DNA of 64,000 bases from the NCBI GenBank assembly GCA_965249575.1, contig OZ252244.1, positions 3,424,001-3,488,000 on the forward strand, in the 5' to 3' direction. Position numbers and translations under genes: made by a program. The notes below the pieces were generated by a model. The model saw nothing but the letters and a program-made list of their open reading frames with translations. It ran no database searches and was not told the DNA's origin. This stretch comes from Gemmatimonadales bacterium. GTDB lineage: Bacteria > Gemmatimonadota > Gemmatimonadetes > Gemmatimonadales > GWC2-71-9. Positions 39,357 to 48,961 of this stretch are shown here, piece after piece (the first letter of the stretch is position 1; every line of letters starts with the position of its first letter).

Positions 39357-40172
39357 ATGTCGACACCCTCCGCGCCATCGGCGCACCCCACAGTCGCCCT
39401 ATTCGTCACCTGCATGGTCGATACGATGTACCCGCGGGTGGGAATCGCCGCGGTCGAGGTGCTCGAACGGCACGGGGTGGATGTTGTCTTTCCGGAAGAG
39501 CAAACGTGCTGCGGGCAGCCGGCATTCAACGATGGTTACCGCGATGCTGCCTGCCAGCTCGCGCGGCGATTCATCGATGTATTCTGGCCGTTGCTGGACT
39601 CCGGAGCGATCCAGGCGATCGTCGCGCCGAGCGGGAGCTGCGTGGCGATGGTAAAGCGGTTCGCTCGGCTTCTCGAAGATGAGCCGGCAGGCCCCGAGTT
39701 TGCCCATCGGGCGGCAAGCGTGAGCCGCCACACGCACGAGTTGACGCAGTTCCTGGTCGACGTCCTCGGTGTGACCGATCCTAACGTCTCCTGCACGGGC
39801 CGACTCACATACCATCCGTGCTGCCATCTCTTGCGGGAACTCGGGGTGGACGCCCAGCCCCGCGGTCTCCTGGCTCGCGTCCGAGACGCTGAGGTAGTCG
39901 ATCTCCCGTCGGCGGACGACTGCTGTGGCTTCGGGGGGGTCTTTGCCCTCAACAATGCGGCGATCAGCACCGTGATGGGCCGCCGCAAGGTGCGGAACAT
40001 CGAGGCCAGCGGTGCGGACATCACGGCGGTGAGCGACGTGAGCTGCATGACGCACCTGAACGGCCTGTTGGCGCGCGAGGGACGTGCGTGCCGTGCGGTT
40101 CATGTCGCGGAGATCCTCAATGGCTCGACGGGAGCCAACGTCGCCGATGCCGTGGCGGAAAATGATCGTTGA
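39357..40172 (+). CDS. lutA: L-lactate utilization protein A (CCG-domain Fe-S)
   Basis: LFVTCMVD, QTCCGQPAFN, YHPCCHLLRELG, CCGFGGVF. Confidence 0.9.
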   Translation: MSTPSAPSAHPTVALFVTCMVDTMYPRVGIAAVEVLERHGVDVVFPEEQTCCGQPAFNDGYRDAACQLARRFIDVFWPLLDSGAIQAIVAPSGSCVAMVKRFARLLEDEPAGPEFAHRAASVSRHTHELTQFLVDVLGVTDPNVSCTGRLTYHPCCHLLRELGVDAQPRGLLARVRDAEVVDLPSADDCCGFGGVFALNNAAISTVMGRRKVRNIEASGADITAVSDVSCMTHLNGLLAREGRACRAVHVAEILNGSTGANVADAVAENDR

Positions 40173-41601
40173 TCCGAGCGCGCCGTATCCAACTCGGGTA
40201 CGGCAGGCTCTGAGCGATAGCGGTTTGCGGACCGCACTCGATCGAGCGACCGCCCGGCTCGGGGGGCAGCGTGCACGCGCGATGGCGGCCGTCGACGGCC
40301 CGCGCTTGCGCGATGCGGCGCGCGCCGCTCGGGAGCGGGCCATAACCCAACTGCCTGACCTGTTGGAACGGCTCGAGCGCAAACTGCTCGGCAACGGATG
40401 TGTGGTTCACTGCGCCGCGGATGCCGATGAGGCGTCGGACGTGATCTGCTCGATCGCGCGGGGGACAGGAGCGCGGCTCGCAGTGAAATCCAAATCGATG
40501 GTGACCGAAGAGATCGGGCTCAACGGGGCGCTCGAACGCGCGGGAGTCCAGGTCGTGGAAACCGACCTCGGCGAGTACATCATCCAGCTCGCCAACGAGC
40601 CGCCGAGTCATATCATCGCGCCGGTCATCCACAAACGGGTCGAGGATGTGAGCGCTTTGTTCCAGCGTGAGTTGGGGATGGCGCCGACCACCGACCCCGC
40701 CGCCATGTGTGCTACCGCCCGCGCCGAACTGCGCGACCGGTTTCTGAAGGCTGACCTCGGTATCAGCGGCTGCAACTTCGCGATCGCGGAAACCGGGACC
40801 GTGTGCATCGTGACGAATGAGGGGAACGGCCGCATGGTGACGAGCATGCCGCCAGTGTACGTCGCGGTCATGGGGATCGAAAAAGTCGTCGCGACGGTCG
40901 AAGACGCGGTGCTCTTGTGGCAGGCGGCATCGCGGAGCGCGACCGGCCAGGACGTGTCCGTCTACTTCAGTATGAGCAGCGGTCCCAGGCGCGCGGGCCA
41001 CGCAGACGGCCCGAAGGAGATGCACGTCGTATTGCTCGACAGCGGACGCTCGCGTGTCCTGGAGCGTGGCTACGCCGAGGCGCTCCTTTGCATTCGATGC
41101 GGTGCGTGCCTCAATGCGTGCCCGGTGTATCGAGAAATCGGCGGGCACGCTTACGGGGAAACGGCGTATAACGGCCCCATCGGTGCCGTGATCACACCGC
41201 TCCTGTCACGCGATGTCTCGAAGGCCAAAGCGCTTCCATTCGCCAGCACGCTGTGCGGCGCTTGCCGGGACGTGTGTCCAGTCAAGATCGATTTGCCGCA
41301 GCTGCTACTGGATCTGCGAAGGGACGTGGTGGAGCAGGGAACGGATTCCGCGGTCGAGCGGCTGGCGATCCGAGGCTTCGCCCGCGCGATGGGACGACTG
41401 AGTCGCTACCGGCGCGCGACACGCCTGGCCCGGGTCGTGACCAGGATCCTTGGACGGGCCGGACGTTCCTCGCTGGCCTGGTTGCCCCCACCGCTCGGCG
41501 CCTGGACGCGCACGCGGGATTTTCCGGCGTTTCCTGCACGGAGCTTTCGGGACGTCTGGCGCGACCGGTCGGCCCGGAAGCGGGATGGCTCCGCTCAGTG
41601 A
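40162..41601 (+). CDS. lutB: L-lactate utilization protein B (Fe-S)
   Basis: KSKSMVTEE, ETDLGEYI, VTNEGNG, CIRCGACLNACPVY, LCGACRDVCPVKI. Confidence 0.93.
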   Translation: MIVDPSAPYPTRVRQALSDSGLRTALDRATARLGGQRARAMAAVDGPRLRDAARAARERAITQLPDLLERLERKLLGNGCVVHCAADADEASDVICSIARGTGARLAVKSKSMVTEEIGLNGALERAGVQVVETDLGEYIIQLANEPPSHIIAPVIHKRVEDVSALFQRELGMAPTTDPAAMCATARAELRDRFLKADLGISGCNFAIAETGTVCIVTNEGNGRMVTSMPPVYVAVMGIEKVVATVEDAVLLWQAASRSATGQDVSVYFSMSSGPRRAGHADGPKEMHVVLLDSGRSRVLERGYAEALLCIRCGACLNACPVYREIGGHAYGETAYNGPIGAVITPLLSRDVSKAKALPFASTLCGACRDVCPVKIDLPQLLLDLRRDVVEQGTDSAVERLAIRGFARAMGRLSRYRRATRLARVVTRILGRAGRSSLAWLPPPLGAWTRTRDFPAFPARSFRDVWRDRSARKRDGSAQ

Positions 41602-42356
41602 ACCACGCATCCGCCGCCGCGCGAGATCGAATCCTCGGGTCGCTGCGGCGGTCGCTTGCCTCCCCACCGTTTCACCGGGCGGGAGGTGGGGAATCGGTCG
41701 CGAACGAACCGGTCACTCGGGCCGAAGGGAACGTCCTCTCGCTTGCCAGGCACTTCGGGATGAAGCTCGAGGCCGTGCTCGGCAGCCACGAAATCGTCGA
41801 TCGGTCGTCCGAGGTCAACGGGGCCGTCCTGCGCCGGATCGATGCGTGGCGTAAGGCCCATACTGCAGATGAGAGCCAGGAGGCCGATCTTGCCTTCGGC
41901 GAGGTGCTGAGTTGGAGTCCACGGGAACTTCCGGTTCACGGACTAGAGGCAGCCCTCCGCGCGGCCGGTCTGTCGCTCCTGGTACCCGACGACCTGCACC
42001 AGTCTGGAACCAGGGAGCGCGCGGCGGGCGTAGCTGTCGGAATCACGGGGGTCGATGCTGCCTTTGCCAGCACGGGATCGGCGCTGCTCGTGTCAGGAGC
42101 CCACAAGAGCCGGGCTGCCGCCATCCTGCCGCTCTACCACTTGGTGTTGGTGCCGTTCAGCCGTATTTATCCCACGTTCGAGGGGTGGCTCGAGACGATG
42201 CGGAGCGCTGGGCGGTTGGAAGCGTTGGTGAGAGAGTCGTCTCACATAACGTTCCTCACCGGCCCCAGCAAATCGGCGGACATCGAGCTCAACCTCACTC
42301 TTGGTGTCCACGGCCCCCGAGCGGTGCATGCCGTCCTCTTCGATGACCGAACCTGA
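41598..42356 (+). CDS. lutC: L-lactate utilization protein C (LUD domain)
   Basis: GIT...ASTGS, TGPSKSADIELNLTLGVHGP. Confidence 0.9.
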   Translation: MNHASAAARDRILGSLRRSLASPPFHRAGGGESVANEPVTRAEGNVLSLARHFGMKLEAVLGSHEIVDRSSEVNGAVLRRIDAWRKAHTADESQEADLAFGEVLSWSPRELPVHGLEAALRAAGLSLLVPDDLHQSGTRERAAGVAVGITGVDAAFASTGSALLVSGAHKSRAAAILPLYHLVLVPFSRIYPTFEGWLETMRSAGRLEALVRESSHITFLTGPSKSADIELNLTLGVHGPRAVHAVLFDDRT

Positions 42357-42359
42357 GGG

Positions 42360-42445
42360 AATCCCACCCCCACAGCTATCTGCCCCCCCTGCCCCTGCCC
42401 CTACCCCCTTATCCCCTTCCCCCTACCTCCTACTCCCTACTCAAC
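42360..42445. repeat. C-rich 6-7-mer low-complexity array
   Basis: Iterated CCCCTGC/CCCCTAC/CCCCTT/CTCCTAC units. Confidence 0.7.
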
Positions 42446-42610
42446 CTCACCGTCCACACGTCGCTCTCGCGACTTCCGACGGTAAAGTAGAAGCTCCGTC
42501 CGTCGGTGGTGAAGTTCGATCGGGTGGACTGTCTGGTCGCTGCACGGCCGTCTCCCCGGCCGTCCATCCCGAATCTCCCGAGCTCCAAGAGAACCCCGGT
42601 TGGGCCTTTT
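42430..42610 (-). pseudogene. Orphan C-terminal fragment resembling a TolB/PD40 beta-propeller end
   Basis: RQSTRSNFTTDGRSFYFTVGSRESDVWTVRL-stop; no credible upstream coding region. Confidence 0.45.
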
Positions 42611-42724
42611 GAGAATAGCTGGGCGTCGCCGCTGGCGCCCGTCGGGGGGACGGTGGTGCGATGGTGGGGATGTTGATCCCGACGCTCCGGGTTCGTGGGG
42701 GACGACGCACGGAAATAAGCCAAC

Positions 42725-42762
42725 GAAGGGCCACCGAGAGTTTTCTCGGGGGCCTCCTTTTT
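42725..42762 (+). terminator. Rho-independent terminator-like hairpin
   Basis: GAAGGGCCACCGAGA/TCTCGGGGGCCTCC stem followed by TTTTT. Confidence 0.55.
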
Positions 42763-42847
42763 GGGTGCCCCGCACGTTCGAAACTCCAGCAGGTCGGAGC
42801 CCGTATCCCTGGTAGCACCCTTCACAACAACTCCGGCGGGGCATGCC

Positions 42848-43941
42848 ATGAAGCGTCCAACCAAGATCATCCTCGGCGCCGTTCTGCTCGCAGGCGTCGC
42901 CGGCGCTCTCGCTGTATTGCGGGCGTCAAACCGCGGCGGCGATCCGGACGTGCCGACCGTGACCGTTGAGTTCGGCACGATCGTCGACCGGGCGCTGGCC
43001 GTCGGGCGGATCGAGCCGGAGGTGGAGATCGAGGTGAAATCCCAGTTGGCCGGCGTAGTCCGCCGACGGTTCGCCGAGGTCGGGGAGTTCGTCGAGAGTG
43101 GCGCGCCTCTCCTCGAGATCCAGCCTCAGCCGACACCGCAGGAGCTCGTGGGAGCCAAGCGCCAGATGGAGCTGCGGGACGTCGAGCTCAAGGCCATGGA
43201 ACGCGAAGTTCGGCGTCAGGAGGACCTACTCGCGCAGAGTCTCGTCTCCGAGCGTGAGTACGAGGACACGCAACGCCGGTACCAGCAGGCCAAGATCCAG
43301 TTGCAGATGGCGCGGGAGCAGCTGCAGTTGCTCCAGGAGGGCAGGATCTCGGCAGATTCAGACTCGATATCGACGACAATCCACTCACCGATCGACGGCT
43401 TTGTTCTCGAGAAATGGTTGACGTGGGTGACCCCGTGGTGCCCCTCACGTCGTTTCAAGAAGGTACGGTCCTGATGTCCATGGCCGGGATGGATCATCTG
43501 CTGTTTCGGGGCACCGTGGATGAGATCGACGTGGGTAAGCTCAGGGAAGGGATGACGGCCGACCTGAAGATCGGTGCGCTGCCGCAAGCCAACATGGGCG
43601 GAGTGGTGTCGCAAATCTCACTCAAGGCACGCACAGAAGAGAGCTCGACGGTCTTCCCCGTGGAGATTCGTCTGACCGGGACGGAAGGAGCGATTTTGCG
43701 CGTCGGCTTCTCCGCGAGCGCCGACGTGATCATCGACCGGCGCGACAGCGTGCTGGTGATCCCGGAGCGCCTGGTCGATTTCGCGGGCGTCACCGCTCGG
43801 GTTACCGTGCTCCGCGATGACGGCGCGCGTGACACCGTGGTGGTCGAGACCGGGCTGAGCGACGCCATCAGCATTGAGATCCGTGAGGGGCTACGGCCCG
43901 GGGATCGCGTCATCGAGCCCCCGCCGAGAGAGATCTCCTAG
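42848..43941 (+). CDS. MacA-like periplasmic adaptor (MFP), split by a frameshift near 43413
   Basis: GRIEPEVEIEVKSQLAG, IHSPIDG, then VDVGDPVVP...VDEIDVGK in the next frame; one extra A in GAGAAATGG restores the frame. Confidence 0.85.
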
Positions 43942-45159
43942 GTGCTGCGCGAGATTCTGGCCGACCTCCGGAGCCAGCGTCTCCGAACGGCGCTCACAAT
44001 CCTCGGCATAACGTGGGGTACGGTGGCGGTGGTGGTTCTGCTCGCGTTCGGAGTGGGGCTCGAACGCCAGACGTTGAAGCGATTCCACGGCCTTGGAGAT
44101 CGTATCGTCATTCTGTTCGGAGGAAGGACCACGAAGAGCCATCAGGGCTTTCCGGACGGGCGCTTCATTCGCCTGCGGGAAACGGATGGCGCGATTCTCC
44201 AGAGCGAGATCCCCGACATCGTAATGCTATCCCCGGAGTACCAGGAGCGCAGCACGCCCGTGCGGCGTGGACCTGCCACTGCGAACCCCAACATCACCGG
44301 CATCTACCCGGTGTACGGGACAATGCGCAACATCATCCCCGACACCGGCGGCCGCTTCATCAACCGCCTGGATCTCGAGGGACGACGGCGCGTGGTGGTG
44401 CTGGGCGACGAGCTCAAGCAGCTCCTGTTCGAGGACTCGGACGCGATCGGGGAACGGATATTCGTAGGTGAGGTACCGTTCACCGTCGTCGGCGTCATGA
44501 ACCCCAAGCTGCAGACTTCGTCGTATAGCGGGCGCGACAAGGACCGCATCTTCATCCCCGCAAGTACACACGTCGCGATCTTCGGGAATCACTACGTCAA
44601 CAACTTCGTCTACCGCACCCCTAGCCCGCAGGCGAGCAAGGGCATTGAGCGGCGCGTGTATGAAGTGTTGGGCAAGAAGTACCGGTTCGATCCAGCGGAT
44701 GAGGATGCGCTGAGGGTGTGGGATACGACCGAGTTCGAGCTCATGTTCTCGTACTTGTTTCTCGCCTTCAACATGTTCTTTGGAATCGTAGGGAGCTTCA
44801 CCCTCACGGTGGGTGGAATCGGAGTCGCCAACATCATGTACATCGTTGTAAAGGAGCGCACCCGCGAGATTGGCATCCGTCGTTCGGTCGGAGCGACCAA
44901 GAAGGATATTCTCGTTCAGTTCTTCGTCGAGACCTTCGCGATCGTGGCCGTGGGGGCAGTCTTCGGATTCTCAGCGTCGATCGGCGTGGTATGGGTGCTG
45001 AGCTTCATCCCGCTACAGGATTTCGTGGGCAGGCCCACGATCTCGCCCGTGGTTGTCGCGGTCACGTTGTCGCTGCTCGCCGGCGTCGCGTTCATGGCGG
45101 GCTTGTTTCCGGCCAGGAGGGCGGCGAGTCTCGATCCGGTCGAGGCGCTGAGGCACTAG
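43942..45159 (+). CDS. ABC transporter permease (MacB/FtsX-like)
   Basis: RTALTILGITWG, GGIGVANIMYIVVKERTREIGIR, PARRAASLDPVEALR. Confidence 0.92.
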   Translation: MLREILADLRSQRLRTALTILGITWGTVAVVVLLAFGVGLERQTLKRFHGLGDRIVILFGGRTTKSHQGFPDGRFIRLRETDGAILQSEIPDIVMLSPEYQERSTPVRRGPATANPNITGIYPVYGTMRNIIPDTGGRFINRLDLEGRRRVVVLGDELKQLLFEDSDAIGERIFVGEVPFTVVGVMNPKLQTSSYSGRDKDRIFIPASTHVAIFGNHYVNNFVYRTPSPQASKGIERRVYEVLGKKYRFDPADEDALRVWDTTEFELMFSYLFLAFNMFFGIVGSFTLTVGGIGVANIMYIVVKERTREIGIRRSVGATKKDILVQFFVETFAIVAVGAVFGFSASIGVVWVLSFIPLQDFVGRPTISPVVVAVTLSLLAGVAFMAGLFPARRAASLDPVEALRH

Positions 45160-46403
45160 TGTGGAGGATCCTGCTAGGCGAGTTCCTAGGTGACATAGAG
45201 ACGCAGAAAACGCGCTCACTGCTCACCTTGCTGGCGATGACGTGGGGTACGATCTCCGTCGTGCTGCTCCTTGCCTTCGGCGACGGACTGCGGGTAGCGG
45301 TCGAGGATGGTCTCTTGAACGCCGCCGAAGACATCTTTCTTGTCTACGGTGGCGAGACCAGTAAGGTGTTCGAGGGACTCCCCAACGGACGCCGCATCAG
45401 GCTGACGGACCAAGACTTCGACGTTCTCTTGCAGTCGATTCCGGAACTGGACCTGGGAAGTCCGTCTTATGGTCGGGGTGGGACCACGTTCGAGCACGGC
45501 GACCAGAAGACCACGACCTACATGGAAGGCGTGCATCCTGAGTTTTCGGAGATGCGGCGCATGTTCGCATGGCCCGGTGGGCGTTTCATCAATGCCCAGG
45601 ACATTCGGCAGCGGCGCCGTGTGATCTTCTTCGGCGACGAGATCGCCGAGCGACTGTTTGGACGTGTGGATCCAGTGGGCAGGACCGTATTGCTCGAGAG
45701 CGTCCCCTTCCTCGTGATTGGCGTGATGCGGAAGAAGTTCCAGGACTCGAGCAACAACGGCCCCGACGCCGACCGCGCCATCATTCCGGCCTCTACCTTG
45801 AAAACCACCTTCGGCCAGCGGTTCGTAAACCACCTGGTACTCGGGCCGCGCAATCCGCTCGAGTCGGAGTACGTCGAGGCGGAGATCTTTCGGGTGTTGG
45901 GACGGCGCCATCAGTTCGATCCCACCGACCCGCGGGCCCTCCGCGTCTGGGACCTGATCGAGGATCGCAAGCTGGTGGTGCAGATCGGTACCGGAATACA
46001 ACTCTTTTTGGGCCTAGTCGGCGCGTTCACCTTGATTGTGGCGGGGGTTGGCGTGGCCAACATCATGTACGTGGTCGTGCGGGAGCGCACGCGCGAGATC
46101 GGCATCAAACTGGCGATCGGCGCGCGGCGGCGGCACATCATGAGCCAGTTCGTGTTTGAGGCGCTGCTGATCACGTTGGTTGGCGGCGGGTTCGGGCTTC
46201 TCTTCTCGGGGCTCGTCGTGGCCGGCGTCAATGCCCTCCCTGGTGACGATCAGGCGATGCAGTACATCGCGAATCCCAATCTCTCGTGGCCGATCGCCCT
46301 CATCGCCGTGACGCTCCTGGTCGCGATCGGGCTCATTGCTGGATACCTGCCCGCGCGAAAGGCGGCGAGTGTGGATCCCGTGGAGTCGCTGAGGTACGAG
46401 TAG
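45159..46403 (+). CDS. ABC transporter permease (MacB/FtsX-like), paralog
   Basis: RSLLTLLAMTWG, GVGVANIMYVVVRERTREIGIK, PARKAASVDPVESLRYE. Confidence 0.92.
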   Translation: MWRILLGEFLGDIETQKTRSLLTLLAMTWGTISVVLLLAFGDGLRVAVEDGLLNAAEDIFLVYGGETSKVFEGLPNGRRIRLTDQDFDVLLQSIPELDLGSPSYGRGGTTFEHGDQKTTTYMEGVHPEFSEMRRMFAWPGGRFINAQDIRQRRRVIFFGDEIAERLFGRVDPVGRTVLLESVPFLVIGVMRKKFQDSSNNGPDADRAIIPASTLKTTFGQRFVNHLVLGPRNPLESEYVEAEIFRVLGRRHQFDPTDPRALRVWDLIEDRKLVVQIGTGIQLFLGLVGAFTLIVAGVGVANIMYVVVRERTREIGIKLAIGARRRHIMSQFVFEALLITLVGGGFGLLFSGLVVAGVNALPGDDQAMQYIANPNLSWPIALIAVTLLVAIGLIAGYLPARKAASVDPVESLRYE

Positions 46404-46618
46404 GGGTACGGCCAAGTCCGGTGCGGGTGGCCAACACCGTACCGGAGGACCTTGCACTGACCGTTGCCGGTCCAGCACGACCTGGGACTGAAGAGGCGAC
46501 GCTACAGTCGACGCTCCGGTGCTGCATCGTTACTTCTGTCAATCTCGGCTGCGGTTGGGGTTCTGGTGTCTAGAACATGTTGCGAGCCGAGCACTTAGGC
46601 ACGAGGGCTGCGTCACGC

Positions 46619-46634
46619 TGTGACGTGCGTCACA
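46619..46634. promoter_or_regulatory. CRP-family binding site
   Basis: TGTGA-CGTGCG-TCACA, exact CRP consensus; TTGACG -35 candidate at 46662. Confidence 0.65.
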
Positions 46635-46721
46635 AAGGAACAAAAAATGCACCGACGAGAGTTGACGTTCTAGCCAATCGTTCTTAATCCGGTACACGGC
46701 GTACTTTTTCGAGGGGGTCGC

Positions 46722-47591
46722 ATGCAGATCTCGAACGGCCGAGCTTATTGGGGTGCGGCGCTTGCTGTTTGCATCGTCGCCGCGTGTAGTGATCCCGGGG
46801 CGCCGGAGGCACTCGACGTGCCACCGTCGTTTGGCGGGACGGGAACGACTCCGCCGACGGAGTTCGTGCTCTGCAAGGAAGGGACGGGTGCCAGCTTTAC
46901 GTACGCGATCAATGGGGGCGCCGCGAATGCCGTGACGCTCGCGACCGGTGAAGCCAACCCCGGAGCCGAGGTCTCGGTGACCGAAGATGCGGACCCCAGC
47001 ATTCAGTTGGATTCGATCGTCCGCGTGGTGTCCGAGGTGAGCGGCTCAGTCACTCGGGACGTTTTCGTCGGAACCAGCACGGTTTCTGGGTTCGTCGGCG
47101 ACGATGCGACCACCGTGACCTTCTTCAATCAGCCAGTGTCCAGCGTCGGTCGGATGACCGGAGGTGGGGGGCAAATCATCCTTGGCGACGTGCGTGTCAC
47201 TCGCGGGTTTACGATCCATTGCGATATCACGCTGTCGAACAACCTGGAGGTCAACTGGCCGGATAATCGCTGGCACATCGACAAGCCGCTGACCTCGGCT
47301 CAGTGCATCGACGATCCGAGCGTCGATCCGGAGCCACCGGCGGCGCCTTTCGACACGTTCATTGGCGAGGGTATCGGGAGGTTGAACGATGTCGACGGGT
47401 CGGCCGTTCGATTCACGTTTGTCGACAGCGGCGAGCCGGGCGGCAAACAAGACAAGGCGAGCGTCCAGATCTGGGCACCGGGTGCCGATCCAAACAGCGC
47501 TACACCGGTCCAGGACGTGCCGCTCAGCGTCCTCGATCACGGGAACCTGCAGGCCCATTTCGATCAGCCGCACGGCAACAAACCGAACTAG
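46722..47591 (+). CDS. Secreted lipoprotein of unknown function
   Basis: Lipobox VAAC, SD GAGGGGG; beta-rich; C-terminal domain GRMTGGG...DSGEPG...GNLQAH. Confidence 0.75.
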   Translation: MQISNGRAYWGAALAVCIVAACSDPGAPEALDVPPSFGGTGTTPPTEFVLCKEGTGASFTYAINGGAANAVTLATGEANPGAEVSVTEDADPSIQLDSIVRVVSEVSGSVTRDVFVGTSTVSGFVGDDATTVTFFNQPVSSVGRMTGGGGQIILGDVRVTRGFTIHCDITLSNNLEVNWPDNRWHIDKPLTSAQCIDDPSVDPEPPAAPFDTFIGEGIGRLNDVDGSAVRFTFVDSGEPGGKQDKASVQIWAPGADPNSATPVQDVPLSVLDHGNLQAHFDQPHGNKPN

Positions 47592-47619
47592 TAAGGACTG
47601 AGTGGTAACGAGGCTCTGG

Positions 47620-47661
47620 GGCGCCCTCTGGGACGATGCGTTCCGGGGGGCGCCGTCTTTC
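47620..47661 (+). terminator. Putative terminator
   Basis: GGCGCCCTCTGGGACG/CGTTCCGGGGGGCGCC hairpin then GTCTTTC. Confidence 0.5.
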
Positions 47662-47958
47662 GGTGGCCATTCCGTCGGACTCGGAGCGGAACCGGTGCAG
47701 GGATGATCGGTGATTGCTGTTATGAAGCGACTACGGCCGTATCGACCACCGCTTGCCGAACCGCCTCCGATTCAGACGACGATTCCCCCAACGCACGCGC
47801 TCATGAACAGGACAGGTCGGGACGTCGATGGAGTACATCGGTGGCTCGGTATCGATGGTCACGTTCAGCATGAGATGCGGGACGATCCCAGCGAGCAGCG
47901 CACTTCCGTAGGCGAGAACTCGACCGTTAGCGGGCGTCACCGTGCCCGACGGCTCGGC

Positions 47959-48402
47959 CTAGTCGCCAGCCCCGGTGGGGTACTTGGGCATTGAGCCCGA
48001 CATGTGGAGCCTCGCGAAGTCATCGTCGATCGAGATCTCCAGATGGTGCCCATCAGAGCTGCGGCGTTCGCCTGCGTTGCGGGTCCGGCGGCGGAGCCTT
48101 CGTCCGAGCCAGCTGCGTGCTTTCACGCGTGCGAACAGGCGGTCGAAGCCCCGCTCCAACGAGCTCATGAGGAGCGTATCGAAGAGGATTTTGCCGAGGC
48201 CGCGTTCCCGGTACTCCGGTGCCACCGCGACCTCCACGTAGCCAGACCTTCGACCTGACCGCTTGACCAGTCTGGAGATCCCGATCGGTGCTGTGTTTCC
48301 ATCCGCATACGCCGTCCAGGCCGCCGCATCCCCGTCTGCGATGCGCCGAACGACGACGTGTTGGCCATCCGCCAATACCACTTCGAAGGCTCCCGAGTCC
48401 AC
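47959..48402 (-). CDS. GNAT-family acetyltransferase-like protein
   Basis: VEVAVAPEYRERGLGKILF acetyl-CoA motif A. Confidence 0.65.
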   Translation of the reverse strand: MDSGAFEVVLADGQHVVVRRIADGDAAAWTAYADGNTAPIGISRLVKRSGRRSGYVEVAVAPEYRERGLGKILFDTLLMSSLERGFDRLFARVKARSWLGRRLRRRTRNAGERRSSDGHHLEISIDDDFARLHMSGSMPKYPTGAGD

Positions 48403-48655
48403 CTTGATAACCCTCCGCTAGAGAACCGCGCTGCTGCGGACGCTTAGCCGGCTATTCTCTAAGAGGCGCAGAAGGCTGCCGGATCGGCTCGTGTGCGGTT
48501 GGGCTGTCGTCGCGGTTGAGCGGTGGCGACCAGGTCCAGGCTCCCAGACGCGGCTGAACCGGGCACACAATTCCGTGGCGGGGCGGACGGAGCTCCGCGG
48601 GCGCGGGGGCGGACACCCGAACGGAGGGATAACTTGTCCGGCGACGGTCTATCAG

Positions 48656-48739
48656 GCCCGGGTGGTGAAATCGGCAGACACTAGGGACTTAAAATCCCTT
48701 GGGGGCAACCCCGTGCGGGTTCGAATCCCGCCCCGGGCA
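48656..48739 (+). tRNA. tRNA-Leu(UAA), CCA not encoded
   Basis: GCCCGGG/CCCGGGC acceptor stem, AGGGA-CTTAAAA-TCCCT anticodon arm, long variable arm, GGTTCGAATCC. Confidence 0.96.
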
Positions 48740-48961
48740 TTGGTGTGGGACAGGAGTTCTACCGACCGCAATTCCTCCGGAGTCTGTCCTCCCCTGAGTT
48801 ACGGCACCGTCCGGTGAGGGGTTCCGGCGTATCATTCGTGCTCGGCATACTATTTGCTTCCGGCACTTTGGTTGCGTTATGGTTACTCCAATGTCTGAGT
48901 ATCGTCTCTCCCTCGCTGGGCCGTTGCCCGTGCAGGCCGGATCAAGCACCGTTCGGTGGGA

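Noticed and set aside
39170..39357. Rex site upstream of lutABC
   Set aside because: No TTGTGAA-N4-TTCACAA-like sequence found
43405..43420. Programmed ribosomal frameshift in the MFP, coxM or CotH genes
   Set aside because: No slippery heptamer or stimulatory structure seen; several small indels across unrelated genes suggest consensus errors
47700..47958. Short ORFs on both strands
   Set aside because: No motif, SD or codon support
48656..48739. bldA-like TTA-codon regulation
   Set aside because: In-frame TTA codons occur in housekeeping genes here (rex at 547, pheT at 4891), so the tRNA is probably constitutive
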